Assembly: GCA_013335095.1 (NCBI GenBank)
Contig: JAAXWF010000004.1
Coordinates: 10,740 to 74,739, forward strand
Reading direction: 5' to 3'
From: a candidate division WWE3 bacterium
GTDB taxonomy: Bacteria > Patescibacteriota > 4484-211 > GCA-002791395
DNA length: 64,000 nt
Positions 16,873 to 27,550 of the stretch are shown here, piece after piece (the first letter of the stretch is position 1; every line of letters begins with the position of its first letter). The notes beneath the pieces were generated by a model. That model searched no databases and was not told the DNA's origin. It worked only from the letters and a program-made list of their open reading frames with translations. The translations under genes were made by a program, and so were the position numbers.

Positions 16873-17625
16873 ATGAGCGGATTAATACGAGTCGGTGTCA
16901 TAATTACCACCATCACCACAATAGTATTTAATATCCTCGCTAATCTATTGCCGCTTAATGGCCAATACACCGGAGACATCTCAGACTCATTTCATATTTA
17001 CTTTGTTCCCGCAGGATACGTATTCTCGATCTGGGGACTCATTTATATTTTGATGGTCCTATACTCAGTCTTCCAAGCCCGAGGTGATCAAGAGGACAAT
17101 AAGCCACTCGATCAAATAGGACTATGGTTTATGTTAGGTCAGATAGCCAACATCGTCTGGTTATTTTTATGGCACTATAACTACACCGTTCAAACCGTAC
17201 CGTTTATCCTAATACTCCTCGGAAGCTTAATAGCCATGCATCTTATTACCACCAAACATGCCGATACCGTAGGCGGAATCACCAAACTCATGACCAGTGT
17301 TTATCTTGGTTGGGGATCGGTTGCAACGGTCGCGAATATAACTACCGCCCTATACGTTTTGGAATGGGATGGATTTGGTATTAGCGGACCAGTCTGGTCA
17401 GCGATACTCATTGGCGTAGTTAGCCTACTAACGTTTGTTATGATCTGGCGTCATAAAGACATTGCCTATGCTTCGGTCATTTTATGGGCACTAATCGGTA
17501 TAGCAGTTAAATTCAACAGTATTCCGGTAATTTTATATTCGGCGATGGCTGGTAGTGGATTTGTTGCGGGTTTGATCGTATGGGGATTCCTCCAACGCAA
17601 ATCAGTATCATCTTCCAAGGCATAA
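16873..17625 (+). CDS. TspO/MBR-related tryptophan-rich membrane protein
   Basis: PAGYVFSIWGLIY, N..WLFLW, VYLGW. Confidence 0.88.
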   Translation: MSGLIRVGVIITTITTIVFNILANLLPLNGQYTGDISDSFHIYFVPAGYVFSIWGLIYILMVLYSVFQARGDQEDNKPLDQIGLWFMLGQIANIVWLFLWHYNYTVQTVPFILILLGSLIAMHLITTKHADTVGGITKLMTSVYLGWGSVATVANITTALYVLEWDGFGISGPVWSAILIGVVSLLTFVMIWRHKDIAYASVILWALIGIAVKFNSIPVILYSAMAGSGFVAGLIVWGFLQRKSVSSSKA

Positions 17626-17662
17626 TATGTACCCCGCGTCCGACTATTAATATAGAGACACT

Positions 17663-18217
17663 ATGACGCTTAGCTACTCTGACATTGAAGCAATCTATCA
17701 AGAGCATCTTGATCCAATATATCGATTCTTTTTCTATAAGACGTTATCACGTACTGCGGCCGAAGATTTAACCAGTGAAACATTTTTACAATTTGTAGCC
17801 GCCGCCGCCAAACAAAAATCTATTGACCAACCTAAATCGTATGTCTATGGAATCGCGAAAAATGTATTTATCAGCTACCTACGAAATAAATACGCTTCGC
17901 TTGATGAACAGGTCATTCACCTAGAAAGCTTTGACCAAATCGGGGTTGAAGAGTATGCCAAAGAGACCGAAGAAATAATCACCACACCAAAAACACTCGA
18001 AGAACGGGCCATGTTTTTTATCGAAAAACTTCCCGAGAAACAAAAGAAACTCGTAATATTACGAATAATAGAAAAAAACACCCCTACCGAAATCGCCCAA
18101 AAGATCGATAAAGATCTCAACTATGTTAAGACAACGCTCAAACGAGGTATGAATAACCTAAAAGCACTTATTGCGTGTACCCCCGAACCTACATATATTA
18201 AAGAAAGGAACACATGA
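17663..18217 (+). CDS. ECF sigma-70 factor
   Basis: AEDLTSETFL (region 2), LPEKQ..EIA..VKT (region 4). Confidence 0.92.
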   Translation: MTLSYSDIEAIYQEHLDPIYRFFFYKTLSRTAAEDLTSETFLQFVAAAAKQKSIDQPKSYVYGIAKNVFISYLRNKYASLDEQVIHLESFDQIGVEEYAKETEEIITTPKTLEERAMFFIEKLPEKQKKLVILRIIEKNTPTEIAQKIDKDLNYVKTTLKRGMNNLKALIACTPEPTYIKERNT

Positions 18218-20100
18218 ACGACGAACTAAATTTAGAATCATTTAATATCGACCAAAATAAACCGAATGCACAGTTTTCTCAGTCTTTATCGAATCGGATG
18301 AAACGCCATCATGCCCGGGTATCGATTATGGCTCCGTTTGAAAAGCTAACCATGATGAATTGGTCGACTTCGGCCTATTACGTAGTGCCAGTTATCGCAC
18401 TGATCCTTATACCGGGCTTACTTGCTACTCCGACGTTGTACAAATATGCCCATTTTAATGCAATAAAATCCAGTTCCGATGTCCAGGCTATTTATCAAGA
18501 AGCCGTCGGTAAAAAATCACGATTAGCGGCCGCACCGGTAGCCGCTGGTGATGCATCCTCTGAATTTCAAAGTAACTCGACTGTTAACACATCAATGATT
18601 ATTGATCCTGGTTTCTATCAGGGAAATAATTACTCGACCTCAAAAACAACCACAACCGCAGGCCCTAAAGCATCTTCGTGCAAAAATAACTATGCCTATG
18701 ATCCGACGAAGATTCCGTACTGGACCACCTCCTCGACATCTTATTACAGCACGACTGATGGAATGTACAGTACATATATAACCACCGGACCAGATAACAC
18801 CATAATCGACTATACCCTCTCAACACCAACCGAAACGATTACGTATAAAGGTGGTCAGTATGCGGTACGTCAGCAGCAATCACAACAGATCCCGGTCATC
18901 ATGCCGATGGAACAAAAAGCGATGCCTGAAGTTGGTACGACCGAGTCACAACTACAAATACAGCCAATGGAATCAACAGAGGGTAGTAGTATACCAAGTG
19001 ATGGAGACAGTAGTGTGATTAGCGACGACAATATTGCACCTGATCGAATCATTGATATACAAACGCCGCAATTAGTATCAACCGAAACCGTTAATGGCGT
19101 CGAATATTATGTGTATCAAAGTGACTATCCCCTCTATTGTGACAACGTGGAGCAATCGAGCGGATTTTTACGCCAGTGGATAAATCCGCAAACAAAAGAA
19201 TTGTATAAAGAACAGATATTTATCCAAGAAGCCAATCCAGCCAATCTCGTGAGTGAAACAACCTACGAAATGTCGACTCAGGATATTGAATTATCAGCAG
19301 TCAAATCACAGTTTGTATTTAATCAATCAGTTGATATCCGTGATCTAGAGGAAAAAACAGAATATGATCGAATCGCCGCATACATCTCTCAGCACAACAT
19401 TCCATTACTGGTACCAACTGATTCAACATGGAAAATAAGTTACGCCTACTCATTTAAGGCGATTGATGAGGAGTATCGCCAAAGTTACAGTTTTGATCGA
19501 GCATTTTATCCAGCCGGATCCATTGGAGATTATTTATTCGGGATGATGAGCGAATACGACAAATTAAATGAAAAAGAAGATGTCCAACCTGACTTTGAAA
19601 TATCACTCTCGCGCAATGACACCATCACTGCATCGATTCAATCATATGACAGTAGCGCGGATATGACCAAACTGTACGAATCTCTTTTCCCGGCCGAAAA
19701 TACCAGTGCGGCCGAAAATATTACGCTCCCGATAAACGGAGCAAATACCCAAGCCCAAGTTCGAACAATAACCTACAAAGCGACACCATTACCAGCCGAT
19801 GCGATCCCCTTAATGGAACCCGCAACACCAGATGGCACAACGTCCTCGGATGGCACGTCAACGCCAGGAATAATGCCGATTCAAGAGGTCAAAGATCAAG
19901 TATCAATAGTTATAACCTTTACCTATCAACAAAGGAACTATGTTCTAAGCATTGGATTGTATGGCGAAGAAAATTCAAACTGGAAAGATTATGTAACCGG
20001 TATTAAGACGATTGATGCAACGCAGCTGAAAGATCTTTATCCGACCGCACCCAACATGCCAGTAACCCTTCAGGGTGGTATGGAGCCATTAACCCGGTAG
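18214..20100 (+). CDS. Membrane-anchored protein, putative anti-sigma factor
   Basis: ATGA overlap with the ECF gene, P...F...L N-terminus, one TM helix, large Ser/Thr-rich extracellular part. Confidence 0.7.
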   Translation: MNDELNLESFNIDQNKPNAQFSQSLSNRMKRHHARVSIMAPFEKLTMMNWSTSAYYVVPVIALILIPGLLATPTLYKYAHFNAIKSSSDVQAIYQEAVGKKSRLAAAPVAAGDASSEFQSNSTVNTSMIIDPGFYQGNNYSTSKTTTTAGPKASSCKNNYAYDPTKIPYWTTSSTSYYSTTDGMYSTYITTGPDNTIIDYTLSTPTETITYKGGQYAVRQQQSQQIPVIMPMEQKAMPEVGTTESQLQIQPMESTEGSSIPSDGDSSVISDDNIAPDRIIDIQTPQLVSTETVNGVEYYVYQSDYPLYCDNVEQSSGFLRQWINPQTKELYKEQIFIQEANPANLVSETTYEMSTQDIELSAVKSQFVFNQSVDIRDLEEKTEYDRIAAYISQHNIPLLVPTDSTWKISYAYSFKAIDEEYRQSYSFDRAFYPAGSIGDYLFGMMSEYDKLNEKEDVQPDFEISLSRNDTITASIQSYDSSADMTKLYESLFPAENTSAAENITLPINGANTQAQVRTITYKATPLPADAIPLMEPATPDGTTSSDGTSTPGIMPIQEVKDQVSIVITFTYQQRNYVLSIGLYGEENSNWKDYVTGIKTIDATQLKDLYPTAPNMPVTLQGGMEPLTR

Positions 20101-20622
20101 ATTTAATTTTCGAGACTGTTCAATCCAGGTAATTCCAAGGCCCTGGTACGCTGCATAAGCATCCCAAACTTCGGCTGCCCATCGTTTTACTCGTTTAACA
20201 TGATTCGGTGCATTTGGTGCATTATAGACTTCAACTATCGTTAATCCTCCGCGAAACGATGGCGGTGTGATTAATTCGTAGGGGCGTTCAAAAGAAAGCC
20301 ATTGTTTAAGAGATTCCCCGATTATTGCATCAGCACGATATTCCATTAGCCAGGTAAACTTACACAACCCCGCGGCAAATAAACGGGGTGTATACATGTG
20401 CTCATGCGGATGCTGTAATGTATATGCAGACTCAGTTAGATTATGGACGACAAAATAGGTTGATTCGGCAAATTCACGCTTTACCACTTCATGATACATC
20501 GCTTCACATCCGGCTAAACCACCGGATATTCGAGCACCACATTCAGGACAACGACTACTCGGACCTCGGTTTAGTGAAATGGGATCAATGGTTACCATGA
20601 ACTGTACTGGATTATACGGCAC
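20089..20622 (-). CDS. DUF5946-like protein
   Basis: CPECGA, H.L...AYTLQHP, LTI..V, VKRWA.EVW. Confidence 0.75.
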   Translation of the reverse strand: MPYNPVQFMVTIDPISLNRGPSSRCPECGARISGGLAGCEAMYHEVVKREFAESTYFVVHNLTESAYTLQHPHEHMYTPRLFAAGLCKFTWLMEYRADAIIGESLKQWLSFERPYELITPPSFRGGLTIVEVYNAPNAPNHVKRVKRWAAEVWDAYAAYQGLGITWIEQSRKLNLPG

Positions 20623-20625
20623 GTG

Positions 20626-20943
20626 TTACAAAGATGCTTCTTCGGCTTCGAGCTGTTCTCGTTTAACAAATCGATAAAAATTAATTGCTTCGACTGCATG
20701 AGTGGTATCGGCATACTCCATTGCCAGCCCAAGTTCATCAAACAGTTTGAAAAATTCTTCCCATGTAATATCTTTAACCGTTTTTTTCATACTTAAATCA
20801 GCATCATCAAGCCTACCGGGAAAATCTAAACGAATACCAATCTTATCACCGTATGAATGTGGCGAATCAATCAGTTGTGGTTTAGCATTATTCTGTTGAG
20901 CCCATTCGCGAACTTTAGCATGATCAGTCGTTGTCTGAAACAT
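20626..20943 (-). CDS. Conserved hypothetical protein
   Basis: TTTDH..VREWA..P, IRLDFPG, ITWEEFF..FD..L. Confidence 0.8.
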   Translation of the reverse strand: MFQTTTDHAKVREWAQQNNAKPQLIDSPHSYGDKIGIRLDFPGRLDDADLSMKKTVKDITWEEFFKLFDELGLAMEYADTTHAVEAINFYRFVKREQLEAEEASL

Positions 20944-21024
20944 ACCATGATAATACTCGGATGTGGGCAAATTGCCAAGTTAAGACAATCGGCACGATAC
21001 AAAAACATACGCTACAATGAATTA

Positions 21025-22068
21025 GTGAAACAATCGAAGCCGATTAAACGATTTCGACAACCTGCCTTGGATTTTCTCCGCGGATGCGCCATATTTTTTA
21101 TGATCTGCACCCATGTAATCGTATTGCACTATCAAGGAACTAATCCGATCATTCATTTTTTTAGCTGGTGGGGCGGCACAGTCTGTTTTACTATTTTCCT
21201 TTTTGTATTTTCGGCAGTCTATGGAATGAAAATTGCTCAACAAAAAGTTAATCTTCGTAAAGAAATAAAACGGTTACTCCTCATGCTTGTTGGATATTAC
21301 CTCATTGCAGCGTGGGTGCATATTTTTAAAGCTGGCAACATACACCCCGAAACGATTCAACGAATCAATCAAATAATCCGTTTTGAACTTCAACCTGAAT
21401 ATACTGAGTTTATTGTCGCATTTATGCTGTACATCATTGTCACGGTTATCTTCTACAGGTTATGGCAGTGGTTTTTATCGCGCCCTTACCTCTGGGCACT
21501 TTTGATTGCGTCGGTTTTTATTTGGAGCCCGATTATTGAATCGTGGAACTGGGGTGAAGGTTATATTAATGTAATAAAATCGTATCTGGTTGGATTTAAT
21601 GGACTACACAGTTTTCCCATTTTGCCATATTTTATGGTTTATGGCCTCGGTCTATGGTGGGGATTTAATAGCCAAAAGCAAAGCTTCAACAGTCTTTATT
21701 GGGGAGGAATCAGCTTCATTATTACGGCAACATTGTGGTTAGGATATCGATTAAGTGGTCATGATGAAATGCTCAGATGGCCGCCCAATGTATACTTCTT
21801 GCTACACGGCTTACTGTACATATATGGAACCTTAAGCTTGTATCACATTGCTCAATACATACCGGCGATCCCCAAGCTTATTGTATTCGTCGGAAAGCAT
21901 CCGTTTGAATACTTTTTGTATCATCTCATAATTCTAATGCCCTTTTTCTCGTTCGGCGAAATACATGCAATAAACGGCTCGGCGACAATGCTCACTTTTG
22001 CTTTAACAATGGCGGTTTGCAGTTACCTGATAATCATAAAGCCCAATCCAGCTTCGCTTGACGCCTAA
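21025..22068 (+). CDS. Membrane acyltransferase-like protein (HGSNAT/OpgC/DUF1624-like)
   Basis: LDFLRG.AIF.MI..H, FPILPY, GKH...YFLYH, multiple TM helices. Confidence 0.78.
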   Translation: MKQSKPIKRFRQPALDFLRGCAIFFMICTHVIVLHYQGTNPIIHFFSWWGGTVCFTIFLFVFSAVYGMKIAQQKVNLRKEIKRLLLMLVGYYLIAAWVHIFKAGNIHPETIQRINQIIRFELQPEYTEFIVAFMLYIIVTVIFYRLWQWFLSRPYLWALLIASVFIWSPIIESWNWGEGYINVIKSYLVGFNGLHSFPILPYFMVYGLGLWWGFNSQKQSFNSLYWGGISFIITATLWLGYRLSGHDEMLRWPPNVYFLLHGLLYIYGTLSLYHIAQYIPAIPKLIVFVGKHPFEYFLYHLIILMPFFSFGEIHAINGSATMLTFALTMAVCSYLIIIKPNPASLDA

Positions 22069-22092
22069 ATGACTATAGGATATACTTTTTCT

Positions 22093-23490
22093 ATGAAAAG
22101 ATATAGCTATGGTACAAATCAACCCAAGTCAGCACTTAAGCCTGCAATAATCGGTGCAATTTTATTATTTACCGGAATTTCGAGCTATTTTTATTTTCAC
22201 AGCGGTACTAATGAGCCAAAAGTTGATGAGTCAATTTCCCCTACCCCGACCGCTGCCGGACACGTGTTTGGCACGATCGATCTAAGTAACTTTGGTACTT
22301 TAAAAACCACCAGCAATAAAAAGTGGTTTTTATTAGGCGATGAAATAAACAACTCGGATCAGACGCTTACGTATTCTTTAACATTAACCGATAATCAACA
22401 AGAAGTTCTTAGCGGACGAAGCCTGAACGTCTCGTATCACATCAATAATACAAATGTAACAGGCGAGATGATACCAGTCCAAGGACAAGACGGAACCTAT
22501 CAAGTACAAGTTTCATTGTCACAGTTATCGCCAAGTGAATACACCATTCAGGCTCAACTGAAAACCGGTGAACAGGTGATTGAAAGTTTGCCAACGCAAC
22601 TTAATGTTTCATACCCTGTATATGTAGCCTGGACTCTTGATTGGGAAGGTTATGACGTGAAGGATGAATATCTCCAAAATATCGAAGAACTCACAGCAAA
22701 ACATAACAGTATGCCATTGACCCATTTCTTTAATCCGCGCTTATACACGAATACAACCATATCGACACAACGCCAAGAGTATTTGACCCAATGGGTATTA
22801 CAGCGTAACCAAAAGCAAGGTGATGCAATTGAACTGCACCTGCATATGTTCCCGGATATGGTTAAAGCAGCCGGAGTAACTCCCAAAAGCAATCCAATTC
22901 AATGGGGATCAACCTTGCATGATGGATATGACATACTAACCATGCAGTATTCTTACGATGAACTTGTTACTATAATGAACTGGTCAAAATCTATCTTTGC
23001 CGAAAAAGGCTTGCCAACACCAACTATATTTCGGGCGGGTGGATGGTATGCCAATGAAGATACGCTAAAAGCAGCACAAGCCAGTGGTTTTTTAGCTGAT
23101 TCTTCGGGGCGCACAGCGTACTCGTTTGGTACGAATAAGGTTGATGGTCCATGGAATTTATCCGAAACAACCCAACCATATCGATTAAATGAAGACGATC
23201 AGAACAATACCAGCCGACCAACAATGTCATTATGGGAATTTCCGAACAATGGAGCAGATTCGTGGATGTTTACCGAGGCCCAGATGAAAGATCGTTTCAA
23301 TGCAAATTATTCGGGCAAAATTGCTACCGATAAAAAATTGGTGACATATTTGAGCCACCCAGAATGGTTCAAGACGGATAAACCACGAATTGATGCATTA
23401 TTTACCTACACTGACCAATTTCTAAACGACAAAGACAATGGGCCAGTCGTATACATAACGCTGGCACAGGCTTATCGAATTTGGCAGTAA
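22093..23490 (+). CDS. Membrane-anchored polysaccharide deacetylase-like protein
   Basis: TLDWEG, HLH, FRAGGW, DSS, SHP. Confidence 0.8.
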   Translation: MKRYSYGTNQPKSALKPAIIGAILLFTGISSYFYFHSGTNEPKVDESISPTPTAAGHVFGTIDLSNFGTLKTTSNKKWFLLGDEINNSDQTLTYSLTLTDNQQEVLSGRSLNVSYHINNTNVTGEMIPVQGQDGTYQVQVSLSQLSPSEYTIQAQLKTGEQVIESLPTQLNVSYPVYVAWTLDWEGYDVKDEYLQNIEELTAKHNSMPLTHFFNPRLYTNTTISTQRQEYLTQWVLQRNQKQGDAIELHLHMFPDMVKAAGVTPKSNPIQWGSTLHDGYDILTMQYSYDELVTIMNWSKSIFAEKGLPTPTIFRAGGWYANEDTLKAAQASGFLADSSGRTAYSFGTNKVDGPWNLSETTQPYRLNEDDQNNTSRPTMSLWEFPNNGADSWMFTEAQMKDRFNANYSGKIATDKKLVTYLSHPEWFKTDKPRIDALFTYTDQFLNDKDNGPVVYITLAQAYRIWQ

Positions 23491-23523
23491 TTTGATAGAC
23501 TTAAAGGGAAAGAAAGCCTGTCT

Positions 23524-25491
23524 ATGCAATATTTACAGTTATTTGGTATACCGATACCCTATCTTCAAACGTTTCAATCGCGGTTAATGTACGTATTAAT
23601 AGCGCTTGTTGCGTGGGGCCTAGTTAATAGTATCCTTTTCATTCGATGGTTACTTATACGAAAGTACCGAATATATCAATACAGATGGCTACAAGCACAG
23701 TGGCTATCGATCATCATAATTGTACTCAACGTTTTTATTGTAAGCTCAGTAAGTTTTGTTGTAACCGAAACGATTCTACTTAAACCCGAGATAATCTCGG
23801 CTGATCCACCAATAAACTCGACACTGAATTGGGCCGACGAACCAATACATTTATCGTTTAATCTACCCGTTGCTACCGACACAATAATGTTTCATGTCTC
23901 CCCTGAAGTTAAAGGAAAATGGGAATGGAAAAGTTCACAGGAAGTAACGTTTTTTCCCGAAGAATCATTTTATCCAGAGAGTCGGATTATTATATATGCA
24001 GTTGGAATAAGACCAATATGGAGTCGATGGACATCACATGAACAATCGATTGAGTTTGATGCGCCCAAAATACCGTCGCTGCAAGAAAGTAGTCCAAAAA
24101 ATAATGATACAGATATTCCAGTAGACCAGCCGTTACGATTTAGCTTCGACCACCCTACCGGAAAGTTTGTTGATATCCAGTATGCATTTACTCCAGATCC
24201 GGGATCGTTTTACGTTATCGATCAGGCCAATACCCAGGAGCTCCAATTCGACCAGCCATTGAAACAAGACCAATCATACACGGTAATAATACATCGCACT
24301 CCCCGATCGTACAAAGTGTCAGATGGTAGCGATATTACCCGGGGAGATACTCAAGATATTGCAACAATTACGTTTCAAACAGTCCACACTCCGCTTATCG
24401 CTTCATATGAACCCCGAGGAACTGGGGTTTTGCCGGGACAAACGATACGGATAAATTTTGACCAGCCGATGGACCAATCCAGCGTAGAGGATCACGTTAC
24501 AATAACCCCGCCAGTGGAAGGTAAAATCAGTTGGGATGGTACTACTTTTATTTACACACCGACAGATGTATTAGCAAAAGACACCGCGTATTCCGTTTTG
24601 TTTAGTAAAGGAATGGAAAGTCAGGCTGGGGGACAAACCGGCGAAGATGCGTCGATCGAATTTACCACAATCGGTCACGCGGATGTAACAACAATATCTC
24701 CCTATCCTGGATCAACGGGTGTAGATCCCACGTCGACGTCAGTACGGTTTACCTTTAATCAACCTGTAGATCATGAATCGGTAGATCAAAATATTGAATT
24801 TAATCCCCGATTAGACGCAGAAACCTCATGGGAAGACAATACGCTCATTATCCAAACCGCCGGGAAATTAGATTACTCAAAAAGGTATCAGATCACCATT
24901 AAATCCGGAATAAGAAGCATTGACGGCTTGGATTCAAATAAAGACTTTACCGCCAGCTTCACAACTCGTGATCAAATTTACTCACTTGCCGTACCGTATC
25001 ACCGTCAACAAGAGCAATTCTCCTGTAATATTGCCGCAGCCTTGATGGTTCTTTCATATCGCGGAATATCACGCAGCGAGGACGAAATTAAATCAGCAAT
25101 TGGTATAGGTCAAGATCCAAATAGCAACTGGGTCGAAGGATACGGCATACACGCCGGGCCAATTGCGTCATATCTCAATACCGTTCGGCAATCTCAAATT
25201 AAGCAAAATTGGTCAATCAAAGAATTGGTTAATGAAGTGCAGCAAGGAAACCCGGTTATTGCGTGGGTTTATAACAGATATAGCTCACCAGCTGGACCAA
25301 TTGAGCTGGATGGCGGTTATCGCGGATATAATGGCATGCATTCCGAAGTGGTAACTGGATTTATCGGAACGTCAGATCATCCGACGCAAATTTTAACCAA
25401 TGATCCATGGCGCGGTAAATTAACCTATACAATAAGTCAATTTGAATCAATCTGGTCGTATTTAGGAAACACCGCAATCGTTGTATATTAA
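23524..25491 (+). CDS. Ig-like (Big_5) repeat protein with C-terminal C39-like peptidase
   Basis: Repeated F..P.D..SV domains, Q....C..AA..M, H, NDPW. Confidence 0.88.
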   Translation: MQYLQLFGIPIPYLQTFQSRLMYVLIALVAWGLVNSILFIRWLLIRKYRIYQYRWLQAQWLSIIIIVLNVFIVSSVSFVVTETILLKPEIISADPPINSTLNWADEPIHLSFNLPVATDTIMFHVSPEVKGKWEWKSSQEVTFFPEESFYPESRIIIYAVGIRPIWSRWTSHEQSIEFDAPKIPSLQESSPKNNDTDIPVDQPLRFSFDHPTGKFVDIQYAFTPDPGSFYVIDQANTQELQFDQPLKQDQSYTVIIHRTPRSYKVSDGSDITRGDTQDIATITFQTVHTPLIASYEPRGTGVLPGQTIRINFDQPMDQSSVEDHVTITPPVEGKISWDGTTFIYTPTDVLAKDTAYSVLFSKGMESQAGGQTGEDASIEFTTIGHADVTTISPYPGSTGVDPTSTSVRFTFNQPVDHESVDQNIEFNPRLDAETSWEDNTLIIQTAGKLDYSKRYQITIKSGIRSIDGLDSNKDFTASFTTRDQIYSLAVPYHRQQEQFSCNIAAALMVLSYRGISRSEDEIKSAIGIGQDPNSNWVEGYGIHAGPIASYLNTVRQSQIKQNWSIKELVNEVQQGNPVIAWVYNRYSSPAGPIELDGGYRGYNGMHSEVVTGFIGTSDHPTQILTNDPWRGKLTYTISQFESIWSYLGNTAIVVY

Positions 25492-25496
25492 TAGTA

Positions 25497-26039
25497 ATGT
25501 GGCAGAAGCTTAAAACCCGACGTCTTTTTGAACACCAACGATTGATCGTCGATCAAGACGATGTAATCATGCCAAATGGCGAAAAGTCGACCTACCTTTT
25601 ATACCGATCCCCGGTTGATGGCGTTGTAGTAATTTGCCCCAATAACCACAAGGAGATTTTATGTGTACACGAATATTCATATCCACTTGAACGTGTCATA
25701 ACTCAGTTGCCGATGGGTGGAATACACGATGGCGAAAACCCCGAAGATGCGGCAAAGCGAGAACTCATCGAAGAGGTTCATTTACGTGCAAAAACACTCA
25801 CCTCAATCGGTTCATTCTTCCAAAATCATCGCCGCAGCACCAATAAAGCACATATTTACCTAGCCACCGATTTAGAAGAAGACTTTAGCTTACCAGCAGA
25901 TAATGAGGAGCAGATCGGAAGTGTTTGGGTTCCGGAAAGCGCCGTTGATCGGATGATCAAAACCGGTGAAATTGTCGACAGTGATACAATCGGAGCGTGG
26001 ATGTTTTATCGTCTTTGGCAAAAAAGTCATCATGAATAA
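25497..26039 (+). CDS. NUDIX hydrolase (ADP-ribose pyrophosphatase-like)
   Basis: Nudix box G..HDGENPEDAAKRELIEE. Confidence 0.9.
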   Translation: MWQKLKTRRLFEHQRLIVDQDDVIMPNGEKSTYLLYRSPVDGVVVICPNNHKEILCVHEYSYPLERVITQLPMGGIHDGENPEDAAKRELIEEVHLRAKTLTSIGSFFQNHRRSTNKAHIYLATDLEEDFSLPADNEEQIGSVWVPESAVDRMIKTGEIVDSDTIGAWMFYRLWQKSHHE

Positions 26040-27057
26040 AAAGAAAACAAAAATACCCCGCTACATCATAACAACGGTTAGTGGACTTGAGTCCGCTGCC
26101 GAACGAGAGATAAAACAGGGAATTACCGATATTAAGGTACTCACTAAAAGTAGTGGCTTACTGGCTATAACGACTTCAGCGAAACCAAGTACAATACGTC
26201 GGTTTCGTTTTATTAACAATGCTTTCTTATGTTTGAATGAATATCAAGAGACGAATACCACGAACTTATTGCAGTCGGTAAAGAATGTAATGCCTCACGT
26301 AAGCGATCTCTCACGATTGTTCGAGTTTGTCCCAAAAACATTTCGAATTGTCGTAAGCCATGAGAACGAAATAATCCGCCCAGATCAGGCCGCTCGGAAT
26401 CAATTAGAACATCACATTAGCCAATCAACTAAATTATCCCTAGATATTCACGAGGCAGATATCGAATTCTGGCTCATTATCCGAAGAGAAGGTTTTTCAT
26501 TTTGGACAATACGCCTAACTCGGACGCGACATAAAACCCATCCGGGAGAGCTACGCCCAGAACTCGCAAATATGATGGGAACATTAGCACATTTGAACAA
26601 ATCCGATGTGGTCCTTGATCCATTTTGTGGTTTTGGAGCTATTCCTTTTGAGATAGTAAGAAACTTTGCCATACAAGAATGCATTGCGTTCGATAAGGAT
26701 CCACAGACTATTCACCGAATCCAACTAACCGCGACTCACGAACGACTACCAATAAAAGCCCAAACCATAGATATACAACAGATGAGTTTACCAGACCGAA
26801 GTATCGATGCGGTGATAACCGACCCGCCATGGGGTATGTTCCATCAATTAGCCGAAGGTGTGGATGAATTTTATCGGGTCATGATCGAACAATGCGCTCG
26901 AGTTTTAAAAACAGAAGGTCGATTGGTACTATTGACCGGAGCAAAAGAGATCGCCTCAAAATTGCTTAATGAGTCAGATCAGTTTGTAATCAAAGAACAG
27001 TACGATATTCTGGTATCTGGCCAAAAAGCGATACTCATAGTCGCAGTACGAAAATAA
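26032..27057 (+). CDS. THUMP/UPF0020-type RNA methyltransferase
   Basis: LDPFCGFG, TDPPWG. Confidence 0.85.
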   Translation: MNKKKTKIPRYIITTVSGLESAAEREIKQGITDIKVLTKSSGLLAITTSAKPSTIRRFRFINNAFLCLNEYQETNTTNLLQSVKNVMPHVSDLSRLFEFVPKTFRIVVSHENEIIRPDQAARNQLEHHISQSTKLSLDIHEADIEFWLIIRREGFSFWTIRLTRTRHKTHPGELRPELANMMGTLAHLNKSDVVLDPFCGFGAIPFEIVRNFAIQECIAFDKDPQTIHRIQLTATHERLPIKAQTIDIQQMSLPDRSIDAVITDPPWGMFHQLAEGVDEFYRVMIEQCARVLKTEGRLVLLTGAKEIASKLLNESDQFVIKEQYDILVSGQKAILIVAVRK

Positions 27058-27081
27058 TACCGAAATAAAGATCCCTACTTG

Positions 27082-27486
27082 CTACGTCAAGAAAAGATAA
27101 TATAGAATCAGCGTACACACAACCGAAATTATTCCGGGGAGCAGAGCAAATAGAATCCATCTTTTAGAAAAAAGAGCATGCTTATCGAGTATCATCTGCT
27201 GTACTAAAAATAATTCAGCTAAAACGGCGATGAAAATGTACACACCGACACGCAGGCAATAATCGGAAAAGGAAATTTCACTTCCAGGAACCCAAAATAA
27301 TGCAAATGCCGTCAACTGCTGAAAACTAACCGAGGCAGCAAGGGCTATCGATAAAGGATACAATCGATATGACCATCGCATAATTATCGCCCACATACTT
27401 GTTACGGCAAACATAAACACAACAATTGAACCAATTACATTAAAAAACAACAGTATCGAATTCATCACATTTATTATGCGATACAT
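27082..27486 (-). CDS. Hypothetical membrane protein
   Basis: Four hydrophobic segments. Confidence 0.7.
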   Translation of the reverse strand: MYRIINVMNSILLFFNVIGSIVVFMFAVTSMWAIIMRWSYRLYPLSIALAASVSFQQLTAFALFWVPGSEISFSDYCLRVGVYIFIAVLAELFLVQQMILDKHALFSKRWILFALLPGIISVVCTLILYYLFLT

Positions 27487-27550
27487 TAATTATTCTACAA
27501 GCACCATCGACGTATGTAGCTGGTTTTGTTACACTATAGTTAGTCATAGT

